IMG/VR virus record: IMGVR_UViG_3300010149_000010
Reading direction: 5' to 3' (one strand)
Origin: a virus
Length of the DNA: 64,000 nt
Made by a program: the position numbers and the translations under genes. Shown here one piece after another: positions 8,740 through 19,548 of the stretch. Below the pieces are notes generated by a model. That model worked only from the letters and a program-made list of their open reading frames with translations. It was not told where the DNA came from and did no database searches. Every line of letters starts with the position of its first letter. Position 1 is the stretch's first letter.

Positions 8740-10269
8740 TCAATCTGTAGCTTCTAAATTTAAAAAGAAGTTTGAGTTGTCAAATCCGGTCTTTTCATAA
8801 GTGTTTAATAATAATCCAAAATATTCCTTATTGTCTATTCCGACACCCCCTAAACTCCCTTCAAAATTACCAATACCTTGGTTGTTTGTGGCTACGTCCA
8901 CGTTCTCTTTGTCCATTACAAACAAGTCTGATATTGTCACGTATGAATTTGCTGAAAGTTGGGCTGTATCTGCTTTTACAAAAGAAAATCTTATTTCATC
9001 AGAATACAATTCCGCGCAAGTAAAGCTAAAGTCTTCTAGCTTTAAATTGCTCCCAGTATTGTTTCTAAACAGAAACATCACAGGACTTTCTCCTGGCCCA
9101 ATTTCATAATGCGGATAAGAGTAAGGAATTTCTTTTGTAAATGGACCTAAATGGCACTGCTCGTAATTTTTAAGAACTCCGTTATTTGGAGACGGAGCTT
9201 CAGGTATTGCTTTCGGTACCCATGCTCCAGGTTGAGTATTGTTTGGGTCCGTGTCGTCTACGTGCGTCTCATCCCAAGTTAACACATGTCCATGCGTTGC
9301 GTTACTAATGTCTGCGTCTAGCAGATCGTCCATATATTGAACGCTGTTGCTTTCAAATAAAGAACTTGATGCTACAGGTATCCACGCTCCGTCTTCTCCG
9401 TCTTGAGCCGCCTGATCGTCTTTTGCAGAGGGGTCCCAAACTAGCACATCGTTTTCTTGCAATGTGTAAGCCGCCGTATTGACATCTCTTAACTCTGTTA
9501 TATATTTTACGTCACTACTTCCTGGTTGCCAATTCCCTGACTCTTCATTCCAAATCAAAGAGTCGCCGCCTTCTGGCGGCACACTTGTCACGTCTACGTC
9601 GAGTAAATCTTCAAGCGCTATAGCCCAATTTAAATTTGGATACTCTAAGTTAGCAACATTGTTTAGCCCTTCAATTTCAAGTATATTATGCCCAACTGTT
9701 AGCTGCTTTAAAACTTCGTAAATATGCTTCGATAAAGGCCAAGTTTGCTTACTCCAGGCTTCATTACAATTCAAGACAAAGGTTTCTCCAAAACTGTCTG
9801 TTTTAAATCTTTCAACTTTTGTTTCTAAACAACTTAAGGCATTTTCCAACGGGCCTAAATCTACAGACCTACGTCTTTCTTGAGTTATCAAGGGACTTAG
9901 GTTGGACCATATATGTTGGATCGATTCTTTTATAGTACAAGGCCGCCCATCTACATCAATGTTGTTTGACTTGAACCAAAAGACCTCTTCATTGAACTTG
10001 TTGTTCCCATCGCTCTCAAGCCAAGTTGCTATTGTCATTCCAGATATTCCATGATTGACAGCATCTTTAGGATATTTAGGCGCCGAGCAAAGAGTGGAAT
10101 AACTTGTTACAATCACTTCATTTAAATAACTGCTAATTGTACTAAAATCCAAAGCATTCCTACGACTATTTAACACGAAGCTTTCTTTCAGCTGCACGTT
10201 TCCTATTTCAGAACTGCTAATTTCTATTCTTTTGTTTAGATTATTTAAATAATTCGTTGGTTCTAACAT
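8740..10269 (-). CDS. Tail fibre-like protein with three L.dL.DV...g.vL.W...W.P repeats
   Basis: Repeat units at 9208-9618, a type common in phage fibres; located at the distal end of the tail operon. Confidence 0.65.
   Translation of the reverse strand: MLEPTNYLNNLNKRIEISSSEIGNVQLKESFVLNSRRNALDFSTISSYLNEVIVTSYSTLCSAPKYPKDAVNHGISGMTIATWLESDGNNKFNEEVFWFKSNNIDVDGRPCTIKESIQHIWSNLSPLITQERRRSVDLGPLENALSCLETKVERFKTDSFGETFVLNCNEAWSKQTWPLSKHIYEVLKQLTVGHNILEIEGLNNVANLEYPNLNWAIALEDLLDVDVTSVPPEGGDSLIWNEESGNWQPGSSDVKYITELRDVNTAAYTLQENDVLVWDPSAKDDQAAQDGEDGAWIPVASSSLFESNSVQYMDDLLDADISNATHGHVLTWDETHVDDTDPNNTQPGAWVPKAIPEAPSPNNGVLKNYEQCHLGPFTKEIPYSYPHYEIGPGESPVMFLFRNNTGSNLKLEDFSFTCAELYSDEIRFSFVKADTAQLSANSYVTISDLFVMDKENVDVATNNQGIGNFEGSLGGVGIDNKEYFGLLLNTYEKTGFDNSNFFLNLEATD
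9208..9618 (-). repeat. Three degenerate protein-level fibre repeats
   Basis: LEDLLDVD..GDSLIWN..GNWQP / ITELRDVN..NDVLVWD..GAWIP / MDDLLDAD..GHVLTWD..GAWVP. Confidence 0.85.
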
Positions 10270-12332
10270 TATATTACCCTAACTTGAATTTGATCGATTT
10301 TTGGAGTTACACTTGAGTCTGAAGACTTCAATACCGCTTTTACATACAGCTCGTTATTGCTGCTAGTTTCGTTTATTGGATTCTTTTTTCTGCACTTGAA
10401 TTTATAGTCTTCTATTTTTGCTTCACTTGACTCTTCTTTTGCATTTACTGCGATGAAGACTGCTTCTTCAAGAACACCAGCGTCATTGGTGAAATTGCTA
10501 TTAATAAAAGTAAACTTGCTTAAATCTTTGTCTATAAGAAACCTTTGGTTTGAGACTTCTTTTAGCTCGTAACTATACACATCATTTTTTGCTAAATAAA
10601 CTTTTTCTCCAGCAAAAAAATCAGAATATTCAAACCCCTCTACAATGTACTTATGATTGTAAGGATACAAGATATCTTCTTCTCTCAGCTGTAATTCAGT
10701 TTGGAACAAGCCCTCCTGATCTTCATCTAGGTCAAACCAGTTTTCTTCGCTTGTTTTGAACTTATGACTTCCGTAACTCAAGAAGTGTTTTCCGCTAACT
10801 TGCTTTTCATTTATGAAGCAAGACCGCTCTCCAAAGTCCAAGTAGCGCCCTTCAGGCTCTTCTATATTTATTATACAACAGTAATATTTATTTTCATTTA
10901 AGTACCAACCTTCTTTCGCAGAATACGTAGTTTTGTTCTTCTTGTTACATACGTTCCTCTTTATGATTAGAGATTTTTTAACGATCTCATTGAACTTTTC
11001 TTTCTCCACGTAAAGGCTCAAATACTTCTGATGCGCTAGCGGTTTCAAATCAATCTTGCTCGTATCTTCTATAATGTTACTCAACGCATTGTTTTCACCG
11101 AATGTAAATTTTTTAAAAACTCCATTCCCATCAAAGGTCTCTTCGCCTTCTTCAAATTGAATTACTTTTTTGCTCGTATCATTGTAATCTGCTTTAATCC
11201 AATTCAAATTGTCTTTAGACAAATAAAAATCTACTGAAGTTTTTTCTGGAACTATACAGCATGTTCCGCCCTTGATGGTGGCCATTGAAAAGTTAACTTC
11301 ATTTCCTTCTTCGTCTAAAATTTTATATGGTCCTAGGTTTAAAATAGACTCTTCGTTAATTTTAAATGCTTTTGTTGTACCGCCTAAAAAGTCTAAATCG
11401 AATATGTATACATAGTCCTCTCCATCTTTGTAGTCATAACCATTTTTGTTGAAAACAAGTTTTATTGAATTAACATTTTTTTTGTTAATCTCTACAAAGT
11501 TTTCATTGTTATCGATTGCTAAACTGCTTTCAAAGACCTCTTTGTATTGCGAAGAACTATCATTATAGTAGCAACTATAGAAGATTTTTGAATTTGACTC
11601 TATCGCTTGTACAGTGAATTTTATAGTATCAATTTCTTTTGGTTCATCAAAATCAATACTTACTATAAAGTCTATACTATCGTTAGGTACTTTAGAAAAA
11701 CCTAAAACTTTAAAAAAGCTGCCATCTTCATTTACAGCATTTGAAATATCATTAATATTTCTCTGTCCAAGACTTCGCCCTTCTCTAGAAGCAAGCGAAT
11801 AAGATAAATTTTTACTTTGGAAGTTTTCTCCTGCAATTTTTGTGTACCCAAGAGTGACTTTTCCATTCAACATATAGATGTTGCTTTTGTTAAAATCTAT
11901 ATTCTTGTAATCTTGAAAGTTCTCAACGAAACCATGCGTATAAATGTCGTCTTTTGAATGTAACAAAAGGTTTTTGTTAATGTTTCTTTCAAGCGTTTTT
12001 ATATGCTTCAAGCTTTCGTTAAATTTATTAGCGTATAATCTGAATTCATTTTCAGTTTTTTCGTCTATTTTTTCTAGCTCGTTTGATATAAATTTTTGCT
12101 CTGAAATAAACCTAGATACAACTTCATTAAAATTCTTTGCAGAAGACTCTTTGTTTACGCTTTGATTGAACCTTTGTTCTTCACTTCCATTGAGCCCAGT
12201 CTCTTCAAAATCCGGATGGTCAATCAAATGCTTGTTATACATGTAGTCTAACTCTCTTTGAGAGGGAGCTCTACTTTTTGTTTTTACAAAATCTTTTATT
12301 AAATGCGACAACAGTAATTTTTTTTTACTCAT
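10269..12332 (-). CDS. Virion structural protein (baseplate/fibre-associated; paralogue 3 of triplet)
   Basis: Coiled coil, then GFVENF, IDFDEPKEIDTIKF, and C-terminal VTPKIDQIQVRV. Confidence 0.6.
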   Translation of the reverse strand: MSKKKLLLSHLIKDFVKTKSRAPSQRELDYMYNKHLIDHPDFEETGLNGSEEQRFNQSVNKESSAKNFNEVVSRFISEQKFISNELEKIDEKTENEFRLYANKFNESLKHIKTLERNINKNLLLHSKDDIYTHGFVENFQDYKNIDFNKSNIYMLNGKVTLGYTKIAGENFQSKNLSYSLASREGRSLGQRNINDISNAVNEDGSFFKVLGFSKVPNDSIDFIVSIDFDEPKEIDTIKFTVQAIESNSKIFYSCYYNDSSSQYKEVFESSLAIDNNENFVEINKKNVNSIKLVFNKNGYDYKDGEDYVYIFDLDFLGGTTKAFKINEESILNLGPYKILDEEGNEVNFSMATIKGGTCCIVPEKTSVDFYLSKDNLNWIKADYNDTSKKVIQFEEGEETFDGNGVFKKFTFGENNALSNIIEDTSKIDLKPLAHQKYLSLYVEKEKFNEIVKKSLIIKRNVCNKKNKTTYSAKEGWYLNENKYYCCIINIEEPEGRYLDFGERSCFINEKQVSGKHFLSYGSHKFKTSEENWFDLDEDQEGLFQTELQLREEDILYPYNHKYIVEGFEYSDFFAGEKVYLAKNDVYSYELKEVSNQRFLIDKDLSKFTFINSNFTNDAGVLEEAVFIAVNAKEESSEAKIEDYKFKCRKKNPINETSSNNELYVKAVLKSSDSSVTPKIDQIQVRVI

Positions 12333-12334
12333 TT

Positions 12335-15163
12335 TTAATTCATACCTATCTTCAAGCTATATAAAATCGGAGAGTAAAATTTTTCAAGCCCTTTTAAAGA
12401 GGTCTTGTTTTCTACTTCATGCCAGAAAAACTTTATCTTATTGTTCCCAGTTCCAAACTCTTCTGTCTCTACAGAAACAATCCCGTTCTTTTTTTCAAAC
12501 TTAAACTCTTTTATCTCATGATACAAATTATACTCTACTTTGATATTCCCGTATTTGCATCTGAATCTACTGTCTTCGACTTCCGTTAAGTTGGAAAAAT
12601 AAATAATTCCATTTTTATAATCTACTGAATACTTATATGTGTCATCAGTTTTATTGTTTAGATAATAGTACTCTATGTAATAACCTTCAGCATAGGCTTT
12701 GATGTCTTCTTCGGGTTTATTTAATTTGAATATTATTTCGTTTTCCGGAACTTGATCCAGTAACTCGCTATCAAGTTCTTTCCCAATTTTATTGTAAATT
12801 TTAATGCTTTCGCTATAGCTGCTCAATTTATAAGGGATCTTATCTGCAGTAAAAAGAACGAACTCGCTATCTCCTTCAGATGACCATTCTATCTTTGGGA
12901 TGAAATCTTTTTTCATCTTTTTGATATTTAAAAATTCAGTGTACCCATCAATGAACGCTACTTCTTTGTAAGCTCTTGCTACAGGCCCTGGGCTAAATTT
13001 TAATGTGCCCTCTATTATGTTGCTTACACCCTCTATGTTTCGCTGTTTAATTCCTTTGCCGACTTCTCCTTCATGATCGTTAAAAGAAACGTGCTCTGGG
13101 TACAAAAACAAACCTTTCACTTCATTTTTGTTTCCCCAAATTTCAAACTCGTTTTTATTTAAAGTTTTTACATTTTCTTTTTTATAATTAATCTTAATTT
13201 GATTTTCAGTTTCATTTAAATGAACAATTCCTCCGTTCAATGATTTGATACTGTAATCTACATCAAGAGTAAGTTGCTTCCAATTCGTTTCAGCTTCTTC
13301 TACAACTTCAATTTCAGTAATATTTTCATCTGGCAAAAATACTTTAGAAGTTTCGTTAGGCACTATAACTTCATACTTCTCATCATCTGTTGTAAAGGTC
13401 TTTACTTTTATCAACCTTTTGTCGTACTCAAAAGGCTCTTTTAACTCTATATAGTAACCTTCATTCTTGTAGATAATGCTTCCACTGTAAGGCTTTAGTA
13501 ACATTTTCAATGAAACGCTTTTTCGTATGTTTAAAAAAACGACTATCAAGTTTTCTTTATAATCTATAAAGAATTTCTCTTCATCAGTTACTTCGTTTTC
13601 AGTCTCTACTCTTGTTAGCTTTTTATTGCTCCCGTATAGTATGACATCTTCTTCTTCGATTTTAAAAGAAGCTAATGAAAAAGGGATCGTAATCTTGTTG
13701 ATCCCTTCAAGTGTGGCCCTGCCTAAAACTATAGCCTTTTCTTTATTTGAACTTCTTCTGAAAATTTCACCTTGAACGACTCGTAACGTTTCGTTACAAC
13801 TCTCTTCATTGATAGAATAATTTATAGGACTTATTTTTTTGTTTACAGTTTTCAACAAGCTCGTTGAGTTTACAAAGTAGTCTTCATTCGATATTTCCTC
13901 TGAAGAAGAGGTTGCTTCGATGTTTCTTTTTAAGCCGTAAACATAATTTAAAAAATTCTGTTTTGCAGGTATGATCAGGTCTTTTGTTCTGTTACGATAG
14001 TAAGGCATTAAATTTCTTTGCCCACCATTATCCATAGACACTGACAGTGTTTCTTCGTATGAAATTGATTCACTAGGAAAGATTTTTGTTTCAGAATTTA
14101 AAACAAACAAATTCTCTGGAGTTACAATCCTTGTAGAATTGAACTCCCCTTCATCTTGGTATTCTATAGAATAGAACTCTACTTTTTCTAAGCTGATGTT
14201 GAATATTTTCAAACCCTCGGCTGTAGTTGTATACTCTTTTGATTTCAATACTAAAGTCAAAGAATCACATTCAATTGGCAAGTGCGTTATAGTTAGCTCG
14301 CCGTTTTTACTTGGACTTATATTCATAGACTGTAAACTTGGGTCAATCAGTCTTTTTATCGATCTACTATTTTTCTTATTAAAAAGAACGTCTTCTATTT
14401 CTAGTGAGTTGCTTGCAGAGCTAAAAGCTCGCTTTATTTTTATTTGATTTACTACAGTATTTTTTTCAAACCGGAAATTCAAAACAAGCTTAGCAGGCCC
14501 GCTATTGAGTTTAAAGAACTCAAAAAAAGTGTTCGGATTTGAGTCTATTAAAGAGTAAATCATTTTATTCTGACCACTCTTAGCGCTGCCTGGTATTCCT
14601 TCTGAATCGCTACTTATGATAATGTTTTTAACTTTATGTAACGTTTTGACACTTATTGGTAAAGTAGCAATGTTTGATTCAACGTCAATCTCCATTGAGG
14701 GCAGATTGATCAATGACTTGCTGATGTTAAATAAGTTGTAGAAATCTTCTTTGAAAACAAACCTGTATGTCTCTGTGAACCCACTTAGATGATTCAGCTT
14801 TTGCAAAATTTCATTTATTTTGCCTTTTACTTCTATTTTTTTAGATTCAATGTGATTTATTCTATTATTTAAATTACTTGTCAACTCTTCTCTGTAGCTT
14901 AAAGTTTTTTCATGCAAGAATTTCATGTAAGTTTCGATATCTTTGAAATGATTTGCATCAGCTTCATTGAACTGAGAGACGTTTTTTATTTTCCGCCCAA
15001 GAAGTTCTTCATATTTTTTAAGATCTTTTAATTCAGATTCCTTTAAATTCCTGTCTTTAAGACTGTAAGAATTTAAATAAACATCTTTGTTCATTAACAA
15101 GTTGTCTTTTAAAAATTTAAAATACAAACTTTGATTATTTTTAATTGTTTGATTAAAGGACAT
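12335..15163 (-). CDS. Virion structural protein (paralogue 2 of triplet)
   Basis: Coiled coil, VFKEDF, LIDSNPNTFF, FRFEKNTVVNQIKI, YSVDYKNGIIYF, C-terminal YSPILYSLKI. Confidence 0.6.
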   Translation of the reverse strand: MSFNQTIKNNQSLYFKFLKDNLLMNKDVYLNSYSLKDRNLKESELKDLKKYEELLGRKIKNVSQFNEADANHFKDIETYMKFLHEKTLSYREELTSNLNNRINHIESKKIEVKGKINEILQKLNHLSGFTETYRFVFKEDFYNLFNISKSLINLPSMEIDVESNIATLPISVKTLHKVKNIIISSDSEGIPGSAKSGQNKMIYSLIDSNPNTFFEFFKLNSGPAKLVLNFRFEKNTVVNQIKIKRAFSSASNSLEIEDVLFNKKNSRSIKRLIDPSLQSMNISPSKNGELTITHLPIECDSLTLVLKSKEYTTTAEGLKIFNISLEKVEFYSIEYQDEGEFNSTRIVTPENLFVLNSETKIFPSESISYEETLSVSMDNGGQRNLMPYYRNRTKDLIIPAKQNFLNYVYGLKRNIEATSSSEEISNEDYFVNSTSLLKTVNKKISPINYSINEESCNETLRVVQGEIFRRSSNKEKAIVLGRATLEGINKITIPFSLASFKIEEEDVILYGSNKKLTRVETENEVTDEEKFFIDYKENLIVVFLNIRKSVSLKMLLKPYSGSIIYKNEGYYIELKEPFEYDKRLIKVKTFTTDDEKYEVIVPNETSKVFLPDENITEIEVVEEAETNWKQLTLDVDYSIKSLNGGIVHLNETENQIKINYKKENVKTLNKNEFEIWGNKNEVKGLFLYPEHVSFNDHEGEVGKGIKQRNIEGVSNIIEGTLKFSPGPVARAYKEVAFIDGYTEFLNIKKMKKDFIPKIEWSSEGDSEFVLFTADKIPYKLSSYSESIKIYNKIGKELDSELLDQVPENEIIFKLNKPEEDIKAYAEGYYIEYYYLNNKTDDTYKYSVDYKNGIIYFSNLTEVEDSRFRCKYGNIKVEYNLYHEIKEFKFEKKNGIVSVETEEFGTGNNKIKFFWHEVENKTSLKGLEKFYSPILYSLKIGMN

Positions 15164-17057
15164 TAGAAGAGCTCTTCCTTTCTAACTCTAGGAATGTTTC
15201 ATACTCTATGTAGGACTTTTCATTTGTCTCTATTTCTTCAACTAGCACATCGTATGATTGTATTTTAGAGCTTTGACTACTGATAGATTTATTTCTCACC
15301 ACAAAAGAGGGGCGCACGAACCCTACGCTGCTTTGAAAATCTTGATTGAAAACCAGCTCGCCCCTCTTTATTAATATCTTATCTCTGTAATTGCACGATA
15401 TGATTTCATTCAACACATACTCAGTAACGTAAAAATATTTCTTCTCTGGAGATTTAATCTTTATGTAAAAGCTGTTTATTTCACTATAGACTTTAGAACT
15501 TATGTCTAGGTCTGGAATATAATTTTCGTTTAAAACGTAACTGCTTCCCTTGTTAAAAGAAACCTCGTAGTCTGCGCCTAAAATCAGCTCTTCTCTGTTT
15601 TGATTTTGATTTATGTTTACCCTGTATACTTTTATTGAATCTTTGATTTTCTTACTAGTCGACGGGTAAAAATTTAAACAAGCTTCTTTGTTTTTTAAAA
15701 CTAAAAGCTCCTCTTCCCTATAAGTCGAATTGGGTAATGGAATTTTTACATTTACTCTTTTTGTTGAAGTGTAATTTTTATTTATTATTTTGTTTGCAGC
15801 AAATCCCTCTTCTCCATAAAGCACTATATGAGCATACTTTTCTATAAAACAATTTTTACTCTTAAAGAAAATATTAGGTTTTATTTGTAAACTTAAAGGC
15901 TTATTTAATGAAACGGGGTTTCCCTCTCGATAAAAACCAATTCCGCTATTAGTTTTTCTTCGGCACTCCAGGTGCAGAATAGAAAGGTCGTAAACTCTTT
16001 TTAATTCTGGGCTTGAGTTTTTTTGACTTACTCTCAAAAAGGACCTGTTGAACAGCAAGTCTTTTTTGATCTGCTCTAACCCTTCGTCGTAAACGAAGCT
16101 TGTGTCATGGTACTTTTTTTGAAACAAACTAATTTTAATTTTATTCGTTCGAATAGTATCAAAAACAATTTCTAACCTATTTGAATTTTTTTGCATTGAA
16201 GCTTTAGTTAAGTTTAAAAAGCTTTGTGTTTTTTTATCAAAATATTTTATTTGATCTTCTTTTAAACTTACTGGCAATGAACTTCCAAATTCAATAAACA
16301 CATTGTTTAGATCTTCGTACCCGTCAAAGTTAATGATCAATTCAAGTTCCCCATGCTTATGGGGCAGTCTTTGCAAATCTTCAAGCGATTGTTTCGCCCC
16401 AACAACATACTTCCAAAATTTATCTTTTCTATAGATTAAAGAAGTGTCTGCATCTACTTCAATAGCTGTAAATGAATCAGAAAAAAAACTTTTTTCTTTA
16501 ACAACTTCTATCGACACAATGTCTATCTTCGACACATTGGTTTCTTTAGATTCGATGTAGCCTCTTTTAAAATCACATTGGTCATTTTTTCTAAATCTCA
16601 TCTTAGTTTTATGATCAAAAAGATCGTACTGCTCTTCAAAGTCTTTCTCTTGAAAGATGCTATAAGACACGACCTTGTTGTATTTGCTGTTTAACCTTGT
16701 GTTTATTTCTTTTATGCTTGACTCAAGAATTTCTAAATCTTTATTCAACACTTTGAAAAAATCTTGTGTTTTATTTTTAAAAGATTCTTGAATCTTTTTT
16801 ATGTAATTTAGGTTCTTATTTTCAAAATAAAGGAAAAAACTTAAATTACGAAAGTTGCTGTCTGTTAGTTGCGCATCAACAAGGTTTCCTCTCTTTATGA
16901 AAGAAAACCTTAACTTTTGAAAATTAAATTTCTTTTTAATTAAAAAAGGTTCTACTTGATTTGAAGCAGAACCTTTCCCAATGTTCTTAAGTTGATTTCT
17001 ATACTTAGACGCATCTAACTTATTAGACTCAAAATTAAATATTTGCCCTTGAATCAT
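15153..17057 (-). CDS. Virion structural protein (paralogue 1 of triplet)
   Basis: Coiled coil, INFDGYEDLNNVFI, C-terminal SSKIQSYDVLV. Confidence 0.55.
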   Translation of the reverse strand: MIQGQIFNFESNKLDASKYRNQLKNIGKGSASNQVEPFLIKKKFNFQKLRFSFIKRGNLVDAQLTDSNFRNLSFFLYFENKNLNYIKKIQESFKNKTQDFFKVLNKDLEILESSIKEINTRLNSKYNKVVSYSIFQEKDFEEQYDLFDHKTKMRFRKNDQCDFKRGYIESKETNVSKIDIVSIEVVKEKSFFSDSFTAIEVDADTSLIYRKDKFWKYVVGAKQSLEDLQRLPHKHGELELIINFDGYEDLNNVFIEFGSSLPVSLKEDQIKYFDKKTQSFLNLTKASMQKNSNRLEIVFDTIRTNKIKISLFQKKYHDTSFVYDEGLEQIKKDLLFNRSFLRVSQKNSSPELKRVYDLSILHLECRRKTNSGIGFYREGNPVSLNKPLSLQIKPNIFFKSKNCFIEKYAHIVLYGEEGFAANKIINKNYTSTKRVNVKIPLPNSTYREEELLVLKNKEACLNFYPSTSKKIKDSIKVYRVNINQNQNREELILGADYEVSFNKGSSYVLNENYIPDLDISSKVYSEINSFYIKIKSPEKKYFYVTEYVLNEIISCNYRDKILIKRGELVFNQDFQSSVGFVRPSFVVRNKSISSQSSKIQSYDVLVEEIETNEKSYIEYETFLELERKSSSNVL

Positions 17058-17508
17058 AAATTTCCACTCCTACGTAAAGTCTTCTAGTGTTGTCACCTAA
17101 TTTAGGATTAAACCCTAAAGTAATACTTATTTCCGAGTCTTTTAGTATTTGATTTCCAACTGGAATACCATTTAAATAACTGCTTCCGTTAGTAAAACTA
17201 AAATATGTTATATTGTTTAAATGGTCCTTGTAATAGAGTCCAGCAGTATTTTCACTACTTTCGTTTAAGGTACTTCCCCATAAGAGCAGGTCGTTGTAAT
17301 CAGTGCGCGCCGGAACTTTAGAGGGGTACTCTAAGCTTCCCAAATCGCTAGACGCTGTTAAGAAAATCAACGGGTTTAAAGCATCTTCAAGGCTGTTGTT
17401 TCTGACGATTAAACTGACTTCACTTCCTTCATTTAAACTTGAGGTAAGTTGAATTAAATCAGTTGCCGTTAAGCTTTCGCCAGAGCTATTTAAAAATATA
17501 AAACTCAT
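17035..17508 (-). CDS. Hypothetical virion protein
   Basis: 157 aa, overlaps neighbours in the tail operon. Confidence 0.6.
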   Translation of the reverse strand: MSFIFLNSSGESLTATDLIQLTSSLNEGSEVSLIVRNNSLEDALNPLIFLTASSDLGSLEYPSKVPARTDYNDLLLWGSTLNESSENTAGLYYKDHLNNITYFSFTNGSSYLNGIPVGNQILKDSEISITLGFNPKLGDNTRRLYVGVEIYDSRANI

Positions 17509-19544
17509 CTGCTTCTCACTGAAAATTTATTACTTTTTGGATAGTCATCAACTCTTACAGAGTACCAGTAAACAGTATCAGCTTCTATTGTATCATCAAT
17601 AAAAAATAAATTTTCTTTATTTAAAGATTCTTTATCATAGGCTATTATTGCTTCGCCATCTTCATTCAACTCTTCTGAGAATTCATTTTTTGACCTGTAC
17701 AATTTGTAGGTCCCCGGCCCGTCCCAAGAGAGATTTACTTTGACTGAGCCTTCTGTTATTTCAAAAGAAAGCGCTGATCGTGGATATTCGTACTCAATTA
17801 CTAAGTCTATCCCTGGTTGCAATTTTCTTTTCGTATACCTAATCAGCTCCTTCTCTTTGTAAGGCCCCCCATAGGTTTCTAGCAGTCCTATAGGGTATTT
17901 AACATAAATCAAATTATTTTTTTGCACGGTCTGGCCTTCTTCTCCATAACCGTATTTTGACTGCAAACCTCTATGCTGCCTATTGTAGTAAAACTCTAAA
18001 TTGCTTTCTTTTAAATATCCATTTTCCCTTACGTCTAAAACTACGCTTTCATCTAGGTAATAGTTTTCTTTTAAACTTATTTCTCCTAATTCTAAATACT
18101 GATACTCATTATCATACCCTATGCATCGTTCATTTCTAAAATCTTCTATATTCTTGCCAACGAAAGAATTTGCATTATACTCTCCTGAAACTATGCTTTT
18201 GAAATCAATATTAGAAGATTTCAAAATTCTATCTTCTTCGTCAAAAATGAAATAGTAAACGCTTTTATTAATGCTGTCAGGGATCAAGTAGAATAGTACT
18301 TTTGACTCAACTAACAAAGGGTTTGAATAAAAATTTACATTTAAGTCTCCAATTAAAAGACAGTCTGTTTTATAATAAAAGTCTGCCTTTATCAGGTATG
18401 AAACATTCATTGATTTGTCGAGCTCAATGAAACCAGACTCCTCGTCCCAAGACTTAATTCCTGTTTGGTAAGTTACACTTGTATTAGAATATTTACTTCC
18501 AATTTTATTCGTATCAGTTGTTAATGCAAATATAACATTTTCAGACTCATCTAATACGCGCATATCAATGTGCACTAATTGCTCTGGAGCTACCATTATT
18601 TTATCAACAGGCAGTTTTATAATACTCTCAGTTACATAAGTACATTCTTTATTCACTAGCCTTAAAGTACCAAACTGACCATCAAATGGCTGATTTTTAA
18701 ATTCCGGAACCCAATACCTTTTACCGTCCTTTAGAAAATTTCCATTAGTTACACGCATCAACCATGGGTTGTTCATTTTGTATACTTCTGGCTTTAGCAA
18801 TCTTATTAGATTGTCTTCTTTAGCTTTGTAGTAAATGTAACTAGATCTTTCTTCATCTTCGCAAACCTTATTTGGGCTGTTTATTCTAAAAGAAAATCTT
18901 CCATTTTCTTCTAGCACTTCGTAAGAGTCTCTTATTATACTTCCGTCCTCTAAAGATATATCTTCGAAACTTGTTTTCCCAATGGCCTCTTCTACATTTA
19001 GTAATTCGTTAAAGGCGCTTCCATCTTCTGTGATACCCGAAACAAAATACATTCTGTAATTTGAACTAGCGTCATCAAAGATGTTTTTATAATTTGTATA
19101 AGCATAACCATTCTTGAGAACAAAACCCTCTTCTATTTCTAGTAGAGACCCTTTGTTCAATACGTGGAAATTCACCTCTTTTATATTACGTCTCTTGTGC
19201 TTGTACCAAAGTGGTTTCTCTATATTTTCTTTAGTGTTTTTTAAAACGATATTAGTTATATAAAGGTCTCTATAAAAAGAATTTATTATATTGCTCGTAG
19301 TTTTGCCTTCTCTAAGGTCTTCAAAAAACGCTTCGTTGTTCTGTGCAGCTTTCCACGACAAGCTATTCAATTCTAAATGTTCTTCTGAATTTAACTCTGT
19401 CGATTCAAAATAATCCAAAACAACAGATGTATCATCTGTGAATTTAGAAAACTGAAGCTTCTCAAGTGGCTTTGAAACCACTTGATTTAAGTTAATTATA
19501 GATTCAACTTCTTCGTTTTGATTTATAATTTCTAAATTAATCAT
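17505..19544 (-). CDS. Virion structural protein with C-terminal FN3-like domain
   Basis: VNLSWDGPGTYKLYRS...FIDDTIEADTVYWYSVRV. Confidence 0.6.
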   Translation of the reverse strand: MINLEIINQNEEVESIINLNQVVSKPLEKLQFSKFTDDTSVVLDYFESTELNSEEHLELNSLSWKAAQNNEAFFEDLREGKTTSNIINSFYRDLYITNIVLKNTKENIEKPLWYKHKRRNIKEVNFHVLNKGSLLEIEEGFVLKNGYAYTNYKNIFDDASSNYRMYFVSGITEDGSAFNELLNVEEAIGKTSFEDISLEDGSIIRDSYEVLEENGRFSFRINSPNKVCEDEERSSYIYYKAKEDNLIRLLKPEVYKMNNPWLMRVTNGNFLKDGKRYWVPEFKNQPFDGQFGTLRLVNKECTYVTESIIKLPVDKIMVAPEQLVHIDMRVLDESENVIFALTTDTNKIGSKYSNTSVTYQTGIKSWDEESGFIELDKSMNVSYLIKADFYYKTDCLLIGDLNVNFYSNPLLVESKVLFYLIPDSINKSVYYFIFDEEDRILKSSNIDFKSIVSGEYNANSFVGKNIEDFRNERCIGYDNEYQYLELGEISLKENYYLDESVVLDVRENGYLKESNLEFYYNRQHRGLQSKYGYGEEGQTVQKNNLIYVKYPIGLLETYGGPYKEKELIRYTKRKLQPGIDLVIEYEYPRSALSFEITEGSVKVNLSWDGPGTYKLYRSKNEFSEELNEDGEAIIAYDKESLNKENLFFIDDTIEADTVYWYSVRVDDYPKSNKFSVRSR

Positions 19545-19548
19545 ATTC

